20,000 nucleotides of DNA from Lama guanicoe (lineage: Eukaryota): assembly GCA_013239625.1 (NCBI GenBank), contig MU054096.1, forward strand, positions 201,913-221,912, read 5' to 3'. A model generated the notes under the pieces. That model made no database searches and was not told the DNA's origin. It saw only the letters and a list, made by a program, of their open reading frames with translations. Below are positions 1 to 11,266 of this stretch, in pieces. The position numbers and the translations under genes are program-made. The number at the start of each line of letters is the position of its first letter. Position 1 is the first letter of the stretch.

Positions 1-45
1 TGATCATCATGCACAACAGAATATAATCTAACTTTAAGCATTCTG

Positions 46-86
46 CAATTCAGTTCAATTCAATTCATTCATTCAATTCAATTCAA
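46..86. repeat. Imperfect (CAATT)n/(CATT)n microsatellite
   Basis: caattcagttcaattcaattcattcattcaattcaattcaa read directly. Confidence 0.8.
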
Positions 87-658
87 ACACTATAATCAGA
101 CATTTTATTTCATAGTCTCCCAGTATTTTCCATATTTGTTCTCTGACAAGAGAAACATTTTATGTGAATAAAAATAAAGCTTCCTTCCAATAGTAACTTA
201 TTCTAAGCTTACAGAAGGCAGAGGAGTAAAGAAAAACAACCTGGCGGTTGTCAAGGTAACACGAGAAATCAGAGATTTGAGTTCGGGTTTCTCTCTTCTC
301 CTTCCCATATTACTAACATGACAGTAGTTTTTAAAAGAATAACCTGACAAGGATAAAGACAAGAGAAGAAACCACAGCAAATGAGAGATTTCATAAACTC
401 TCTGGAGGATGGAAAGTGGGTGGAGGAATGGTTATCTCATTCAGAAAATGAACAGCAACCTTAAAATCAGTGTCTGTGGAAGAAATTAAGAAGGACGCAG
501 AAGCAAAATCATGTTTAATTAATGCAACACTGCATAAAATTTTATTAAGTGATTAATTTACAAATACTTGAGAAATAGCTTCTAGTTAATGACCCAACCC
601 AGGAAATTCCCTCCATAAATCCACAAATTTTATTAGCATAAAATATACTGAAAACTGA

Positions 659-674
659 ATATATATATATATAT
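659..674. repeat. (AT)8 microsatellite
   Basis: Read directly. Confidence 0.9.
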
Positions 675-724
675 TTCTTGCCACTTGTCAACCAGTTAAT
701 TTTGGCTGAAGATAAAACATCAGT

Positions 725-921
725 AAGTGTAGGTTCTAAAACCAGATGGCCTGAATTCAAATCCTGGCTCTTCTCACTTGACAGGCAAGCTACTTAACCT
801 CACTGGATCTCGGTGTCCTCATTTGTTGAATGTGGAATAAAAATTAAACAAGATAATGGATATAATGTGCTTAGAGAAGTTCTTGGCACAAACAAAGCTC
901 TCAATTAAATATTAAGTATTA
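725..921 (+). mobile_element. MIR SINE (ancient, internally deleted)
   Basis: ccagatggcctgaattcaaatcctggctct...ggcaagctacttaacctc...tcctcatttgt...gtgcttagagaagttcttggcaca...ctcaattaaatatt follows the MIR head/core/tail order. Confidence 0.85.
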
Positions 922-1992
922 GGACCATCCTACACATGATCATTTTTACTGGTCATACTATGTCACTTTTATATTTTACATTTAAGGAAAATTGAATTTA
1001 TTTAGTTCACATTCACAACCACTTCCCAACTCATTTCAAGCTCCATGAAGATACAATGCTCGTTATGCAGAAATGTATTAACTCTATGTATGCAATAGAT
1101 TCTTACTGATAAAAACAAAACACAATGATCTATGCTAGACAGGTCTGAAGCAAGTCACATTTAGCTTTTGTTTCAATTTGAAAGCACTGATATTTAGAAA
1201 GGTGAGAAAAAGTCCATCCTAGCACAGGTAAGACAAATACTTCCACTTGCTTTTCCAGTTGTGATCACGGTTTCATACTCATTTAAGCCACCTCCTCATG
1301 ATTCTAGGAGACAGATGAGTAAACAATCCAGAATTCAGCCGTGACCCCGCATTCAAACCCGGCTGTAAGGCAAGGGAGCACCAACCTTTGTAACAAAGGC
1401 TTCTTCGAAGCAAATGGTTTTCCATTCATTTCATACAAATTTGCATCTAATTGAAAATGCAGTACATGCTATTCTGAGCAGCCAAGTTGGCCTTGCATTG
1501 TCAACTAATTCTTCAGTTAAATAAAAGATTTTAAGTGTGTTTTTTTCACTACCTGAATCATCTGGATAGCTATACACTTCAGAGACTGTTACATCAATCC
1601 GTCCCCTACAAGACACGTTTCCTTTATTCACTTAATCATCTAACGCTTCTAACACATCTGATCATCTAACAGATACTTACCAGGGGCCTACTATGTGCCG
1701 GGCACCATGCTAGGAACAGGGATTCAACATGCCAGAACCCAGAGATGAGAAAAGGGCTAACACATTCAAATAACTAAAATACGTTCACTGTGGTTGAAAT
1801 GCAGAACATGAAGGAAGAGCAGTAAAGACAGAGAAGGAGATGGAGAAGACAAAATGGTCCAGGCCTGTCAGGACCTAGGCAGCTTTCAGACTCATTCTGA
1901 GAGAGGTGGGCTTTTACACAGGGGAGTGCCAGGCAGTGGTACCAAGGCACCTCTAGTAAGGGACGCTGGAGAGAATTCTAGGTGGGAACTGG

Positions 1993-2396
1993 TGGCAAAG
2001 GCATTCTCTTTCGGCTGACCTTAATCAGGGTCCTCTAAGCCAGCTCTCTGGCCTTGTAGAACCCACTCTGAACAAGAACCCTGGTAAGTCAGTCTGGCGA
2101 AAATCCCCCATCCTTGGTACCTTATCACTTGGTCCTGCTTTCACCAATTCTGCTGAGATGGTCTAACAAGAACCCCCCTTACCTCTGATGCTTCCTCCTA
2201 GCAACTTTCCATCCATCCTCTGCTCCCTACCCCTGCTTCTCGGATGTAAATGGCCACTTGTCCTTGTTAGTCAGAGTTGAGCCCAATAACTCTCTCTGAC
2301 TGCAGTAGCCGCTATACCCATCACTAGGGCCTCCCTTTAACAGTCTGCTTTACCATTGTTTAACAAGCGTCACTGAAGAATTCTTTTCCTTAACCA
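1993..2396 (+). mobile_element. Solo ERV1 LTR, MER31-like
   Basis: TG...CA termini (tggcaaag...ttaacca). Internal caagaaccctggtaagtcagtctggcgaaaatccccca, aacccccccttacctctgatgcttcctc and gagttgagcccaat match recalled MER31. Near 4-bp TSD ctgg/ctag. Confidence 0.8.
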
Positions 2397-2420
2397 CTAG
2401 GGGCCTACATCATTCCAGGA

Positions 2421-2440
2421 ATATATATATATATATATAT
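2421..2440. repeat. (AT)10 microsatellite
   Basis: Read directly. Confidence 0.9.
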
Positions 2441-2739
2441 GATGGCCAAAAGAGATATGGAGAGAAATGGACTTACTCGAGATAATTAGGATTCTGAGAC
2501 CACTGGATTTGGTGTCTGGGCAAAGGGAGAGAAAAGTCATGGATAATGCTCACATTTTCAAACTTGAGTAACCAAACAGAGCGTGGTGCCATACACTAAG
2601 ATAAGAAATGCAGAAGGAAAGGAAGGTTTCATAAGTTCTAAAACATTTTACGTTTCAGCCAAGTTATCCAAGTAGAAACAGCAGTGGGTGGGCCTCCCTT
2701 CTGACATCTTCTACTGACTCTGTGAAGAAAGTAGCAACA

Positions 2740-3800
2740 TCTCTAGGACTGAGGGGTGAGAGGACAGTCAAGAGAGCAGAGAATGTTCAACGTGCCCAGA
2801 GGAGAGAACAGGAGGATGAGGAAGACATGGAGTACTTTCTGTTCTTTGCAGAATCAGAGAGAACCATGAATGGAGGTGGGTACCAATCTACAAGGCTGTG
2901 TAACGTAGTTTTTCCACTTGTTTTGAACAATCCCAGCACACTTAGATTGATTGAGGCTTAGGGATTTACCAAAATATTTAAAACCAACAGACATAATGGT
3001 ATTCTCTCTCTCACACAAGACAGAGGCGAGGGGGTGGGAAGGGAGAAATTTGGGAGTTTGAGATTTGCAAATGATAACCTCTGTATATAAAGACAGATAA
3101 AAAAAAACAAATTTCTTCCGTAGAGCACAGAGAACTATGTTCAATAGCTTGTAATAACCTTTAATGAAAAAGAATATGAAAATGAATATACGTCTGTATA
3201 TGCATGACGGGGACACTGTGCTGGACACCAGAAATTGACACATTGTAACTGACTCTACTTCAATTTAAGAAAATGTCTTCACGGATTTTTTTGTAATAAA
3301 AATTTTAATATGTTAATAAAAAAAAAAAAGAGAGACTGGATAAGGACCATACATTCTAAACTAGCCAGGGAGGTGGAGGCAGTAGACAAAAAAGGCGGGG
3401 GAGAGGGAGATTAAGTGACTCAAAAGCCTCCAACTTCAAAGAACGAGAATTATGGGATTAGCAGAGTAGGAGCAAAGAGCTTAAAAAAAATAAAGGAGCT
3501 TTTAGTTAGGCTGAAATACCTGAATTTAAGAAATCTCTTACAGGAGCTCTGGAAGCTTCGGCCATGAGCTCGGCAGAGTGGAAGTAAGGGTCATGGTAGC
3601 TGAGAAAAGTCAACAGGCTGAACGGGTCACCCCTCCTGCCCCCCAGCACTCTCCGCCCAGGACGGTAACAGGCCTTGGCCTGAGGGACCTACAGGAAGGC
3701 TGAGTCAGGTGTCAACACTCTCCATGTCTGGGTGAACATCAGCAGATAACAGGGAAGAAAGATAAAGGGTAAGCATGGTAATAAAAATAGTGTTTAAATT
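2740..3800 (-). mobile_element. Probable further highly degraded L2 body, split by the L1 at 3028-3329
   Basis: Purine-rich segments such as ggaagtaagggtcatggtagctgagaaaagtcaa and ctccatgtctgggtgaacatcagcag loosely resemble reverse-strand L2 and are collinear with the L2 at 1640-2680. Confidence 0.4.
3028..3329 (+). mobile_element. 5'-truncated L1, camelid/artiodactyl-type 3' UTR, with extra 3' sequence and poly(A)
   Basis: gggtgggaagggagaaatttgggagtttgagatttgca...gcacagagaactatgttcaatagcttgtaataacctttaatgaaaaagaatatg...ccagaaattgacacattgtaactgactctacttcaat; A12 at 3318-3329. Confidence 0.85.
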
Positions 3801-3947
3801 AGTTCTCTCAGCAGGGAGAGGGGGAAAACTGGCTAAATCCCAACAAGGAAAACCAGTAGCTTTGAGCTTTCAGAAAGACAAAGGCCATACCCACCATGTA
3901 TATCCACTCTACACAGTCACATTCGTATTAAGAAAAAGACACTACTG

Positions 3948-4077
3948 GGTGGGGGGTAGAGCTCTGTGGTGGAGTCCATGCTTGGTGGGCACAAGGTCCT
4001 GGGTTCAATCCCCAGTGCCTCTGTTAGGGGGGAATAATAAAGTTAAAAAAAATTAATTTAATTAAAAAAAAAAAAAA
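3948..4077 (+). mobile_element. Vic-1-type tRNA-derived SINE (camelid)
   Basis: ggggggtagagctctgtggtggagtccatgcttgg...gtcctgggttcaatccccagtgcctc. Degenerate A box, B box GGTTCAATCC (4002-4011), A-rich tail, imperfect TSD agacactactg/agagactgctg. Confidence 0.85.
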
Positions 4078-4177
4078 GAGAGACTGCTGAGCGCAAAATA
4101 AAAGACATCCTTTGCTTGCTTTGGGAGCATTTTCCGCTATGTTAAGATGGATGCTAAGGGCATTTGCTGCACCACCT

Positions 4178-4408
4178 CGAGGGCCAGACAGCCTGGGTCT
4201 GAACTCTGACTCCTCCGTCCGCCGGCTGAGTGAACTGAGCAGAGGCCCCGTGCTTCTGAGAGCCACTGTCCTCAGGCGTCAAACAGGAAGAACGCTGCCA
4301 TCCCTCTAACATGTGACTGGCAGGGTTACGTTCCAACTCGTTCTGTTATGCTCTCAGCAGTACTCACGGCACAAGAGAAAATATTCAATGAAACCATCAG
4401 CAGTATCA
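4178..4408 (+). mobile_element. MIR SINE (degenerate)
   Basis: gggccagacagcctgggtctgaactctgactcctcc...gctgagtgaactgagcag...ggcacaagagaaaatattcaatgaa is collinear with MIR. Confidence 0.65.
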
Positions 4409-4589
4409 GAACTGTGAACATCACCCTAATTTATAATAAAAATTGACAATTATATAAAATCAACTTATTTTACAGTGACTGACACTTTTAGATACCTCTA
4501 TACGAAGCTATTTTTTTTAATTTTTACTCCTTATAAATATATATTCTGTGAAATAAATGAACCCTAAAAAGAGTACATTCTTACGAAAT

Positions 4590-4660
4590 GTCTGTCTCAG
4601 TTTCTCATGCAGCACTTAGATGTAAAAATGAGGAGCATAATGACTACTGTTCACAGAAGG
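4590..4660 (+). mobile_element. MIR core fragment
   Basis: tctgtctcagtttctcat...tgtaaaaatgaggagcataat. Confidence 0.45.
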
Positions 4661-6663
4661 GCAAGTCTGGGTGAGGGACCACAAACCCGGAGCTATCAGG
4701 GGGCTGCAGGCAGCCAGTTAAACCATCTACCTAACAATTTTATTTTAAAAAGCCCTGGCACGTATCTGCATGAATGCATTTCAAAAAAAAAAAAAGATTT
4801 GGGGGGCAAAAAAACAGATAACAGCTTAGGTGTTTAAATGAAATATATATGAGCCACAGATTCTAACTAGATAATGAAAGAAAGTGCAAACAGCATAAAG
4901 AAGGAAAAAAACTAAGAGGGACAGACAACCACCTCTGAGTTCAAAGAAGAAGAATTATGGGCGTATACTGGTTACCAAATCCCATGAATGACACTGCACA
5001 TCAGAAACAGGCGTAAATTCCTACCGTGGTTCCACTGACGACCTCTCTAACAGTCGTCAAAAGCTCCAACATCGATTAGCCTTGAAAATCTCTTCAAGGG
5101 TCTCATTTCTAGAATGGCGTGCGTAATTCAGAAGACTTCTGGTACGATGACAGCGGTACCTAAACACACAAAACTCTTCAGAAGCCTAAACCTTGATTGT
5201 GTGAAACTGGTTTTCAGTACAAGCATCTTCACATTAAAAACAAAACGCACAGGTCAATAATTAAAAGCCATTGCCGTGGTGTCGGAATGAGGATCCAGTC
5301 GGCAGGCTCCAAAAATGATGACCACTTTGTCCAATCCCTCCCAAAAATAGTTTAACTCTTTCAGAGATCATCATTCTACCATTGTGTGGGAAATGGCTGT
5401 AAGAGAGTAACTTCAGATACTTTAAAATATTCTTAAAACAAAAAATGCCTGCTCTTTGTAAAAAGTTGGAAAACTAAAACCTATGATCTGTTTAGCCTCA
5501 AATTCCACCTCCAAGAGATACTCAATATTTAGCTTTGATCTATTTCACTATTCAATATTAATCATAATATTCAATATTGAATTTCCTTCCATTAAATACA
5601 TACAAGCAGAATCATACAGAACATTTTCTGCTTTTTTCGCTTTCAGATACCTAATCTGCAAATATACTGAGTCTTATATTATAGTTTATCAAACAGAGTC
5701 AGATTCATTCCTTCATATACCAATAAGCTATCGAATCAAATGGAATCTCCTTCAGATCCAAAAAAATAACTAAGTTTCTAAGGATTAACCAATACAATAA
5801 ACAATGCTTGTCTTCCTTCAAGCCTCTTCTAATCATGTGTTTGCATCCACAGGAAACAGGAATTACAGTTTCATGTTCATTAAGGGTTCCACGCTTCTCA
5901 CCTTATAAAATCTCAGAGCGGTTAATCTGCCCTGCTAGAGTTCTGATCCAGCTGCTGCAGGGTTAAAGGTAAGGTCTTCCCCACCTCGTTTTCCACACAG
6001 GTCCTTTCCAAAGGACCTTCTCATTAGGGACACTGCGGTATGCCTGGTACTTCTGGATCAAACTGACTAAACAAAGTCTTCCTAATTACAAACATTATAA
6101 ATTTTTCTTTGCTCATGAGCCCCAAGTCGATGAGAATTTGAAAATGACCAGAGAAAAACCTGTTGGCAGGTCTACCGTCTCAGTGCACTTCGTTCACTAT
6201 ACATGGAACCAGGAAACTACTGTTAATGGAAGATGAAGTTAACGTCTCCAATACAGAAGTGTCTGATGTAGCGTAATTTATGAGTCAAATAACAGGGTTC
6301 AATCTAAATACTTACTTGGATATGTTAACGCTTTAAATGAAAACAGCGTAAGTATTATTCCCAGAAGAATGCAATCAAATCCAGCCCTGGAAAGAAATGC
6401 ACTTTACATCACAACCAAGACATAAACGTTGTTTACGTGTCTACATATGTATGTATGAAACAAACAAACGTTCCACTAAAAAGCATTTGTCCTTACTGCT
6501 GCAATGTATTGCTATTTTCTACTCTTGTTTCTTTTTTGCTTTTAATGCTTGTGATAATCCATGAGATGTTTTTGCTAACCACTAATAAATCACACCCTGA
6601 AGTCTGGAAAACAGTGAGAAGATTCAGAAGGAAGACATATGTGGGGTAACCCGCCGTAAATTT

Positions 6664-7096
6664 CAGACGATCCACCTTCCCTTGGTACTAAAGCAACACA
6701 CATTCGGTAGAAACCCTGCCTCAAATTTTGAATTCTGATCTTTTCCCAGGCCAGTGGTAGGTGGGATGGCCCTCCCTCGTGAGGCTGGGCGGCCGCAGCT
6801 CTGGGTCAGCCACACAATCAGGGTGAACAATTGAACCGGCCTGGACCCGGACAACCACTCTGCTCTTCACCGTTAGAACAGCATTCAATACACTACATGA
6901 GCTACTTTTCAATGCTTTATTATAAATTAGGCTTGGCGATGACTGTGCCCAACTGGAGGGCAATGGAAGTGTCCCGAGCACATCTACGGTGGGCGGGGCT
7001 AAGCTACGATGTAGGTTAAATGGATTAAACGCATTGTCGCCTTAGGACAGTTTGAATTTATGATGGCTAACCCCACGAAACATCGAGGAGGATTTC
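6664..7096. mobile_element. Non-autonomous Tigger DNA transposon, MER47/Tigger5b-like
   Basis: gtagaaaccctgcctcaaattttgaattctgatcttttcccagg, ctttattataaattaggc, tgcccaactggagggcaatggaagtgtcccgagcac, gctaagctacgatg and the end taaccccacgaaacatcgaggaggatttc followed by TA match the recalled MER47 family. Confidence 0.8.
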
Positions 7097-8950
7097 TACT
7101 TGAAAAGCTGGACGAGCACAGGTTTTCAGGGTTTTAGCTCCATGGCTACTTTGAAAAGTGGAGGACAAGGCGAAAAGGAGCAAGTTAAACCTGTAACTCA
7201 CGACCCACACAGTGAGTAGGAAAGTTCTCACTGAAGACCCTAGGCCTTGCGCTCTGCAAACCACAGGTCAGCTTGTTTATTTCGGACAACAAGCTAAGAT
7301 AAAAGCTGCAATACCAGTGATTCAAGGCATTCCTCGGCCCTTACCCAACAGGCCCAATCCAAATTAGTCTACTGATGCTCACTTAATACGACGTACAGAC
7401 CCTTCACTTGAGGCTGCTTGGAAAATAAAGGTGAGAATGTTATCATGGTGGCTTCCTACAAAATTTTCTCAGTGAACACCTCCATCACACACCTCTCTCT
7501 GCCTACTGCGGACACAGGGAGAAGACACAATCCCCAGTGATCTGAACCTCACTGCCACCAAACTGTAACCTCAAACTGCCCCTACTGGACGTCCATAAGT
7601 GAAGCAGCACTGGTATTTCAAGTATAAAACAGCCCTTCCCGGCTAGTCCACTCAATATTCATCACTTCACCTTCTCAACCCATTTGTTGCTAAATTAACG
7701 CAACCAGCAGAGGACAGCAAAATAAGTTAACACACAAAAACTGAGTAGATGCAATTCTGTAAAATACACAATTGGCATTTTTCAACTGTGATCTGAAATG
7801 ATGAAATTTAATCTAAAAATTCTTTCCCTCACTCCTTTACCTCCCACCTCTGCTCATCACACCTCCAATGTGAACTCTAACTTGGGGGAACCCATACTCT
7901 GCTGTGAGATCATTACGTTAAAATACTCCATTTTGATTTCTAATCGGTTAAATTACTTTTATTTGTTTATATCTTACCTCTGTCAAAAGTGTCTTTAAAA
8001 AAGAGGTGCAGTAGCCTGAAAAACGTAGGTAAGAAAACATCAATCTAAGAAAAGTGCAGTTAATAAAGTCCGTCCTGATCTCCTTAACACACACTGCACT
8101 ACTTTAAAACTCCCACCTTTTCGAGAAATCACGTTTGTAAAATGGAATGGAAACTTGACTATTTTAACTCAATAAAATCCATTACACAGTTAATCTGAAA
8201 ATTCCTAAGTATCTCTAAGTTGTTCAATTATCCAATGATTCAAATAAATATATAAACTTATATAAAATGTGTGTATGTATATGCAAAACAAAATTCAGAA
8301 CATTCACTTTATCCAATAAAATACATTCCTATTATTTCAGATAACAGAAAAAAATGTAAATGACGGATTTAAGGAGAAAACTATGAACTCTATAAAGTAT
8401 GATTTCTTATCATCAAGCCTCAGCAGGGTAACGAGTAGGTACCTACTTTGCCAAGCAGTGTGCTAATAAACTCTTTTGCATTGCAATACTCTGCGGACTA
8501 AATTCTGAAATCCAAACACTAACAAGAAAATACAGAAAAAAGTCATCAAGACAGAACTGAGCTGGTAGGACAAGCCAAAAATCAGAAGACCACCCATCTT
8601 AGGAGGCAAAACTGGTGCCAGTGACAGAAAACCCTTCTCCCAATCCCACTTTTAATTATGTGATTTCTTTTGTTATCTATACGGAATCTATAGCAGATAA
8701 GAAATTCAATGACAAAAGAAAATTGAAACAAGGTAAGATTAAAAATACCCACTAGCCCAAAGCAAGTTAATGATCTGTACTCTATTTTTGAAAGGAGAGA
8801 CATATATCACATTTTAAATGTTTTGTCAAATGGCTAAAACTATTTAAAGAAAAATAATTATATTATGCTTTAAACTTCTAAGCATTTTGTCGAAAATATA
8901 ATTATATTCTTTTAAATTTGAGGCTTAAGACAATAAACTATCATCTAACC

Positions 8951-9587
8951 TGTGAGATAAGAGACAAGAACACATACGTTGGTCTCCGTCCCTGGTTCCC
9001 GGCGCACAGCTTCTAAACCCTTGGAATTTCCTACATGGCAAGAGTTCTAGCAGCATCTTTTGTTCTAATATTTGGTCTCTGACCCCATTCCAGACACAGA
9101 GCTCCTAAACCCCTTGGAATTCCCTGGGTGACAGCAGTGTCTTTTGTTCTGATGAGGTGACTCTGGGAGGGCTCCTGGGTGGGGGCTGGTCACCAGAAGA
9201 AACAGAAAGGCCACAATGAGAAGCTTGGAACTTTCAGCCCTACCCCCCATTCTCCAGACAGGGGAGAGGGGCTCAGATGGATTTAATGACTGCCGTGCCT
9301 CCACAAAACCCCCAGAAGTGTGGGGTGCAGAGAGCTTCCGGGTGCCTGAGCACATGCAGGTGCTGGGAGAGGGGTTTCCATGGAGGCTCCGGACGCCTCC
9401 CCCTACACCTTGCCCTGTGTGCCTCTTTCACCTGGACGTTCACCTGTATCCTCTGTCACATCCTTACTGCAGGGCACTCAGCGAGCATCTCAGAACTGCG
9501 TGGTGTGGGGAAAACCAGAAGTGCTGTGAGGGTGGCAGTGAGAGCAAATGAAAAACACAGGAGGAAAACCGAGTCCTTCCTAAAACA
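8951..9587 (+). mobile_element. Solo ERVL LTR, MER21-like
   Basis: TG...CA termini (tgtgagataag...taaaaca). Motifs cacagagctcctaaaccccttggaatt, gggggctggtcaccagaa, agaagcttggaactttcagccc, gagagcttccggg and cacctgtatcct. Possible 5-bp TSD taacc/cagcc. Confidence 0.88.
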
Positions 9588-9754
9588 CAGCCCCTCTCCG
9601 CAGAGTTAACCAGAATGTCTCAATGCCAGGTTTAAGGGGAGTTAATAAGACTCTCTACTTTCTATCTATTTCTTCCATCAATACATACACTAACGCTTAG
9701 AACTTTGGTACATGAGATATTTTATATGAACACAAGATGAGTAAGCCCAATAAT

Positions 9755-9880
9755 TTCAATTTTACAAATGAGAAAAAAATGAGACTCAAAGATGGTAGCT
9801 GCCCAAAGGCCACCTGGTGGCAGATTAGGGACAGGGAACCCAGGTGTGTCTGAAACCCAAGCACACGCCTGTTACACCAG
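9755..9880 (-). mobile_element. MIR SINE fragment
   Basis: attttacaaatgagaaaaaaatgagactcaaaga...tgcccaaaggccac...gaacccaggtgtgtctga (reverse MIR core/head). Confidence 0.7.
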
Positions 9881-10851
9881 GGGCCACCTCCAAATTTTAC
9901 CTTGTCTTGAAAAAGAGGTTTTGGGCTTGTGGTTATTTAGTGAATTTTCCATTATTGAATAAAGATGAAAGACCAAATGGAGGCCAATTTTAGTCTGAAA
10001 GAGTCTTATTCTAAGTTGTCCAGATATAAACAGGCTCAGAACAGAACCTTATACTGAGGACACTGCTAACGCACGCGCCAAAATGAATAAGGAAGTCCCT
10101 CCTGAACATGTCATGAGGTCACCTGGGAACAATGAAAGGAAAACAAAAATAAATACAGAGTATTGAAGGACTCCACCGAGTCGATGCATTGGTTAGTCCC
10201 AGCACCTGTACAAATACTGACACACGGACTGCAAAGACAGGGAGACAGTCCAGGAAGGACGAGGGTCCATGAACCTCAAAACCATAAAACTGAAAGCAGA
10301 TGAACAAAAAAATTTTGTTACACAAGTAATAACTCTGAAGAATTAAGAGAAACAGTGCAATATTAAACCAGTATGTGTAACAGCTGACATTGTACCTGGA
10401 TCTGAGATCCCTTTTCTTGCCATTGGCTGTAATCATATACTTTGAAAGTCACTGATTTTCATAAAACAAGTATTGATAAATAAGTAAAATACCCGCTGGT
10501 TTTCCAACAATCAATATAAATGTATTTGAAACGCACGAAAATATCTTAAGAGTCATAAAATTTTCATTTTACTGATGCTCACTTGCCTAAAATCCTATCT
10601 CAGGTTTCAAAATATGTTAAGCCCTCTTACTCTGGGATCAATCCAAACTGTTTATTCAATATTCCCCCTCAACAGAACCAAGGAAAAGAGCATTCTAGTC
10701 TCTCCCACTGGCGGCCAAACCAAGCAGAGCAGGAGTCTTTTTGTTAAAGGTAACATCACAAATAAAAGTTACATAATTCATTAACTGATCAAACAATTAA
10801 CTAGGAATATATCCAACTTCAGATCTTACAGAGTTCATGGTTTTATCCTAA

Positions 10852-10987
10852 CATTCACTCACTGAACAAATATTCACTGATTGTCTTCCATGTTTTAAAA
10901 CCAAGAATAGACCTAATTGAGGACTGAGCAATGATCCAGAAAAACTCTATCCCTGCCCTCAGAGAATCCGGAGGCAAAGAGGCAAAC
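10852..10987 (-). mobile_element. L2 3' end fragment
   Basis: cattcactcactgaacaaatattcactga...tccctgccctcagagaa. Confidence 0.65.
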
Positions 10988-11206
10988 TTCATTAAAATGG
11001 CTCATGTCTATAATATTAGCAACTAATTCACAAAAGTTACAGTAATAAAAGCTTTTAAATACAGACAAAGAACTACAGCTAATTCAGCTTTCTGAAGCAA
11101 CCAGAGCTTTCAACTATTACCCAAGTAAAACCGTGCAATGGGCTTCACGGTAAAAGGTACTGTTCTCCAGCTCAGCCATCGCAAGGACCAAACCATAAAC
11201 CCCAGA

Positions 11207-11266
11207 TGAGTGACTCACATCCGTGTGACACACGTGACGCTGTCCAACCACAAGGTTAACTGTGGT
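11207..11266. promoter_or_regulatory. Candidate intronic enhancer motif cluster (AP-1, E-box, CRE half-site, paired RUNX)
   Basis: TGACTCA 11211-11217, CACGTG 11231-11236, TGACG 11235-11239, AACCACA 11246-11252, TGTGGT 11261-11266, in sequence not recognised as repeat. Function is inferred. Confidence 0.45.

Larger units (their letters stand above)
1640..2680 (-). mobile_element. L2 LINE 3' region, interrupted by an LTR (1993-2396) and (AT)10
   Basis: cctactatgtgccgggcaccatgctagg (reverse L2 3' end) at ~1687. After the LTR, gagaaatggacttactcgagataattagg...gtggtgccatacactaagataag matches the recalled L2 reverse-strand pattern. Confidence 0.75.

Noticed and set aside
340..440. Possible ancient L1 5'-region remnant
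   Set aside because: Only a vague resemblance; cannot be supported without a repeat database search
2722..2961. 79-aa acidic ORF
   Set aside because: GTG start, antisense to the host gene, in purine-rich probable L2 remnant; no recognisable domain
3948..4022. tRNA gene
   Set aside because: Degenerate A box, A-rich tail and TSD identify it as a tRNA-derived SINE
5214..5375. Possible intronic C/D box snoRNA (ATGATGA at 5374-5368 minus, CTGA at 5217-5214)
   Set aside because: Span of ~160 nt is long, the terminal stem is weak and no rRNA/snRNA guide is recognisable; such boxes occur by chance
8426..8447. gggtaacgag resembling the exon-1 donor, plus 14-bp palindrome agtaggtacctact
   Set aside because: Wrong strand for SLC4A7, short, and overlapping a probable MIR/L2 remnant
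9065..9609. Three overlapping ORFs of 96-111 aa
   Set aside because: Lie within the MER21-like LTR; non-coding
11117..11179. Strong-Kozak ATG (MAELENSTFYREAHCTVLLG*) just downstream of the motif cluster, as a novel SLC4A7 first exon
   Set aside because: The available donor GG|GTAATA is phase 2, out of frame with the phase-0 junction used by exon 1; otherwise it stops after 20 codons
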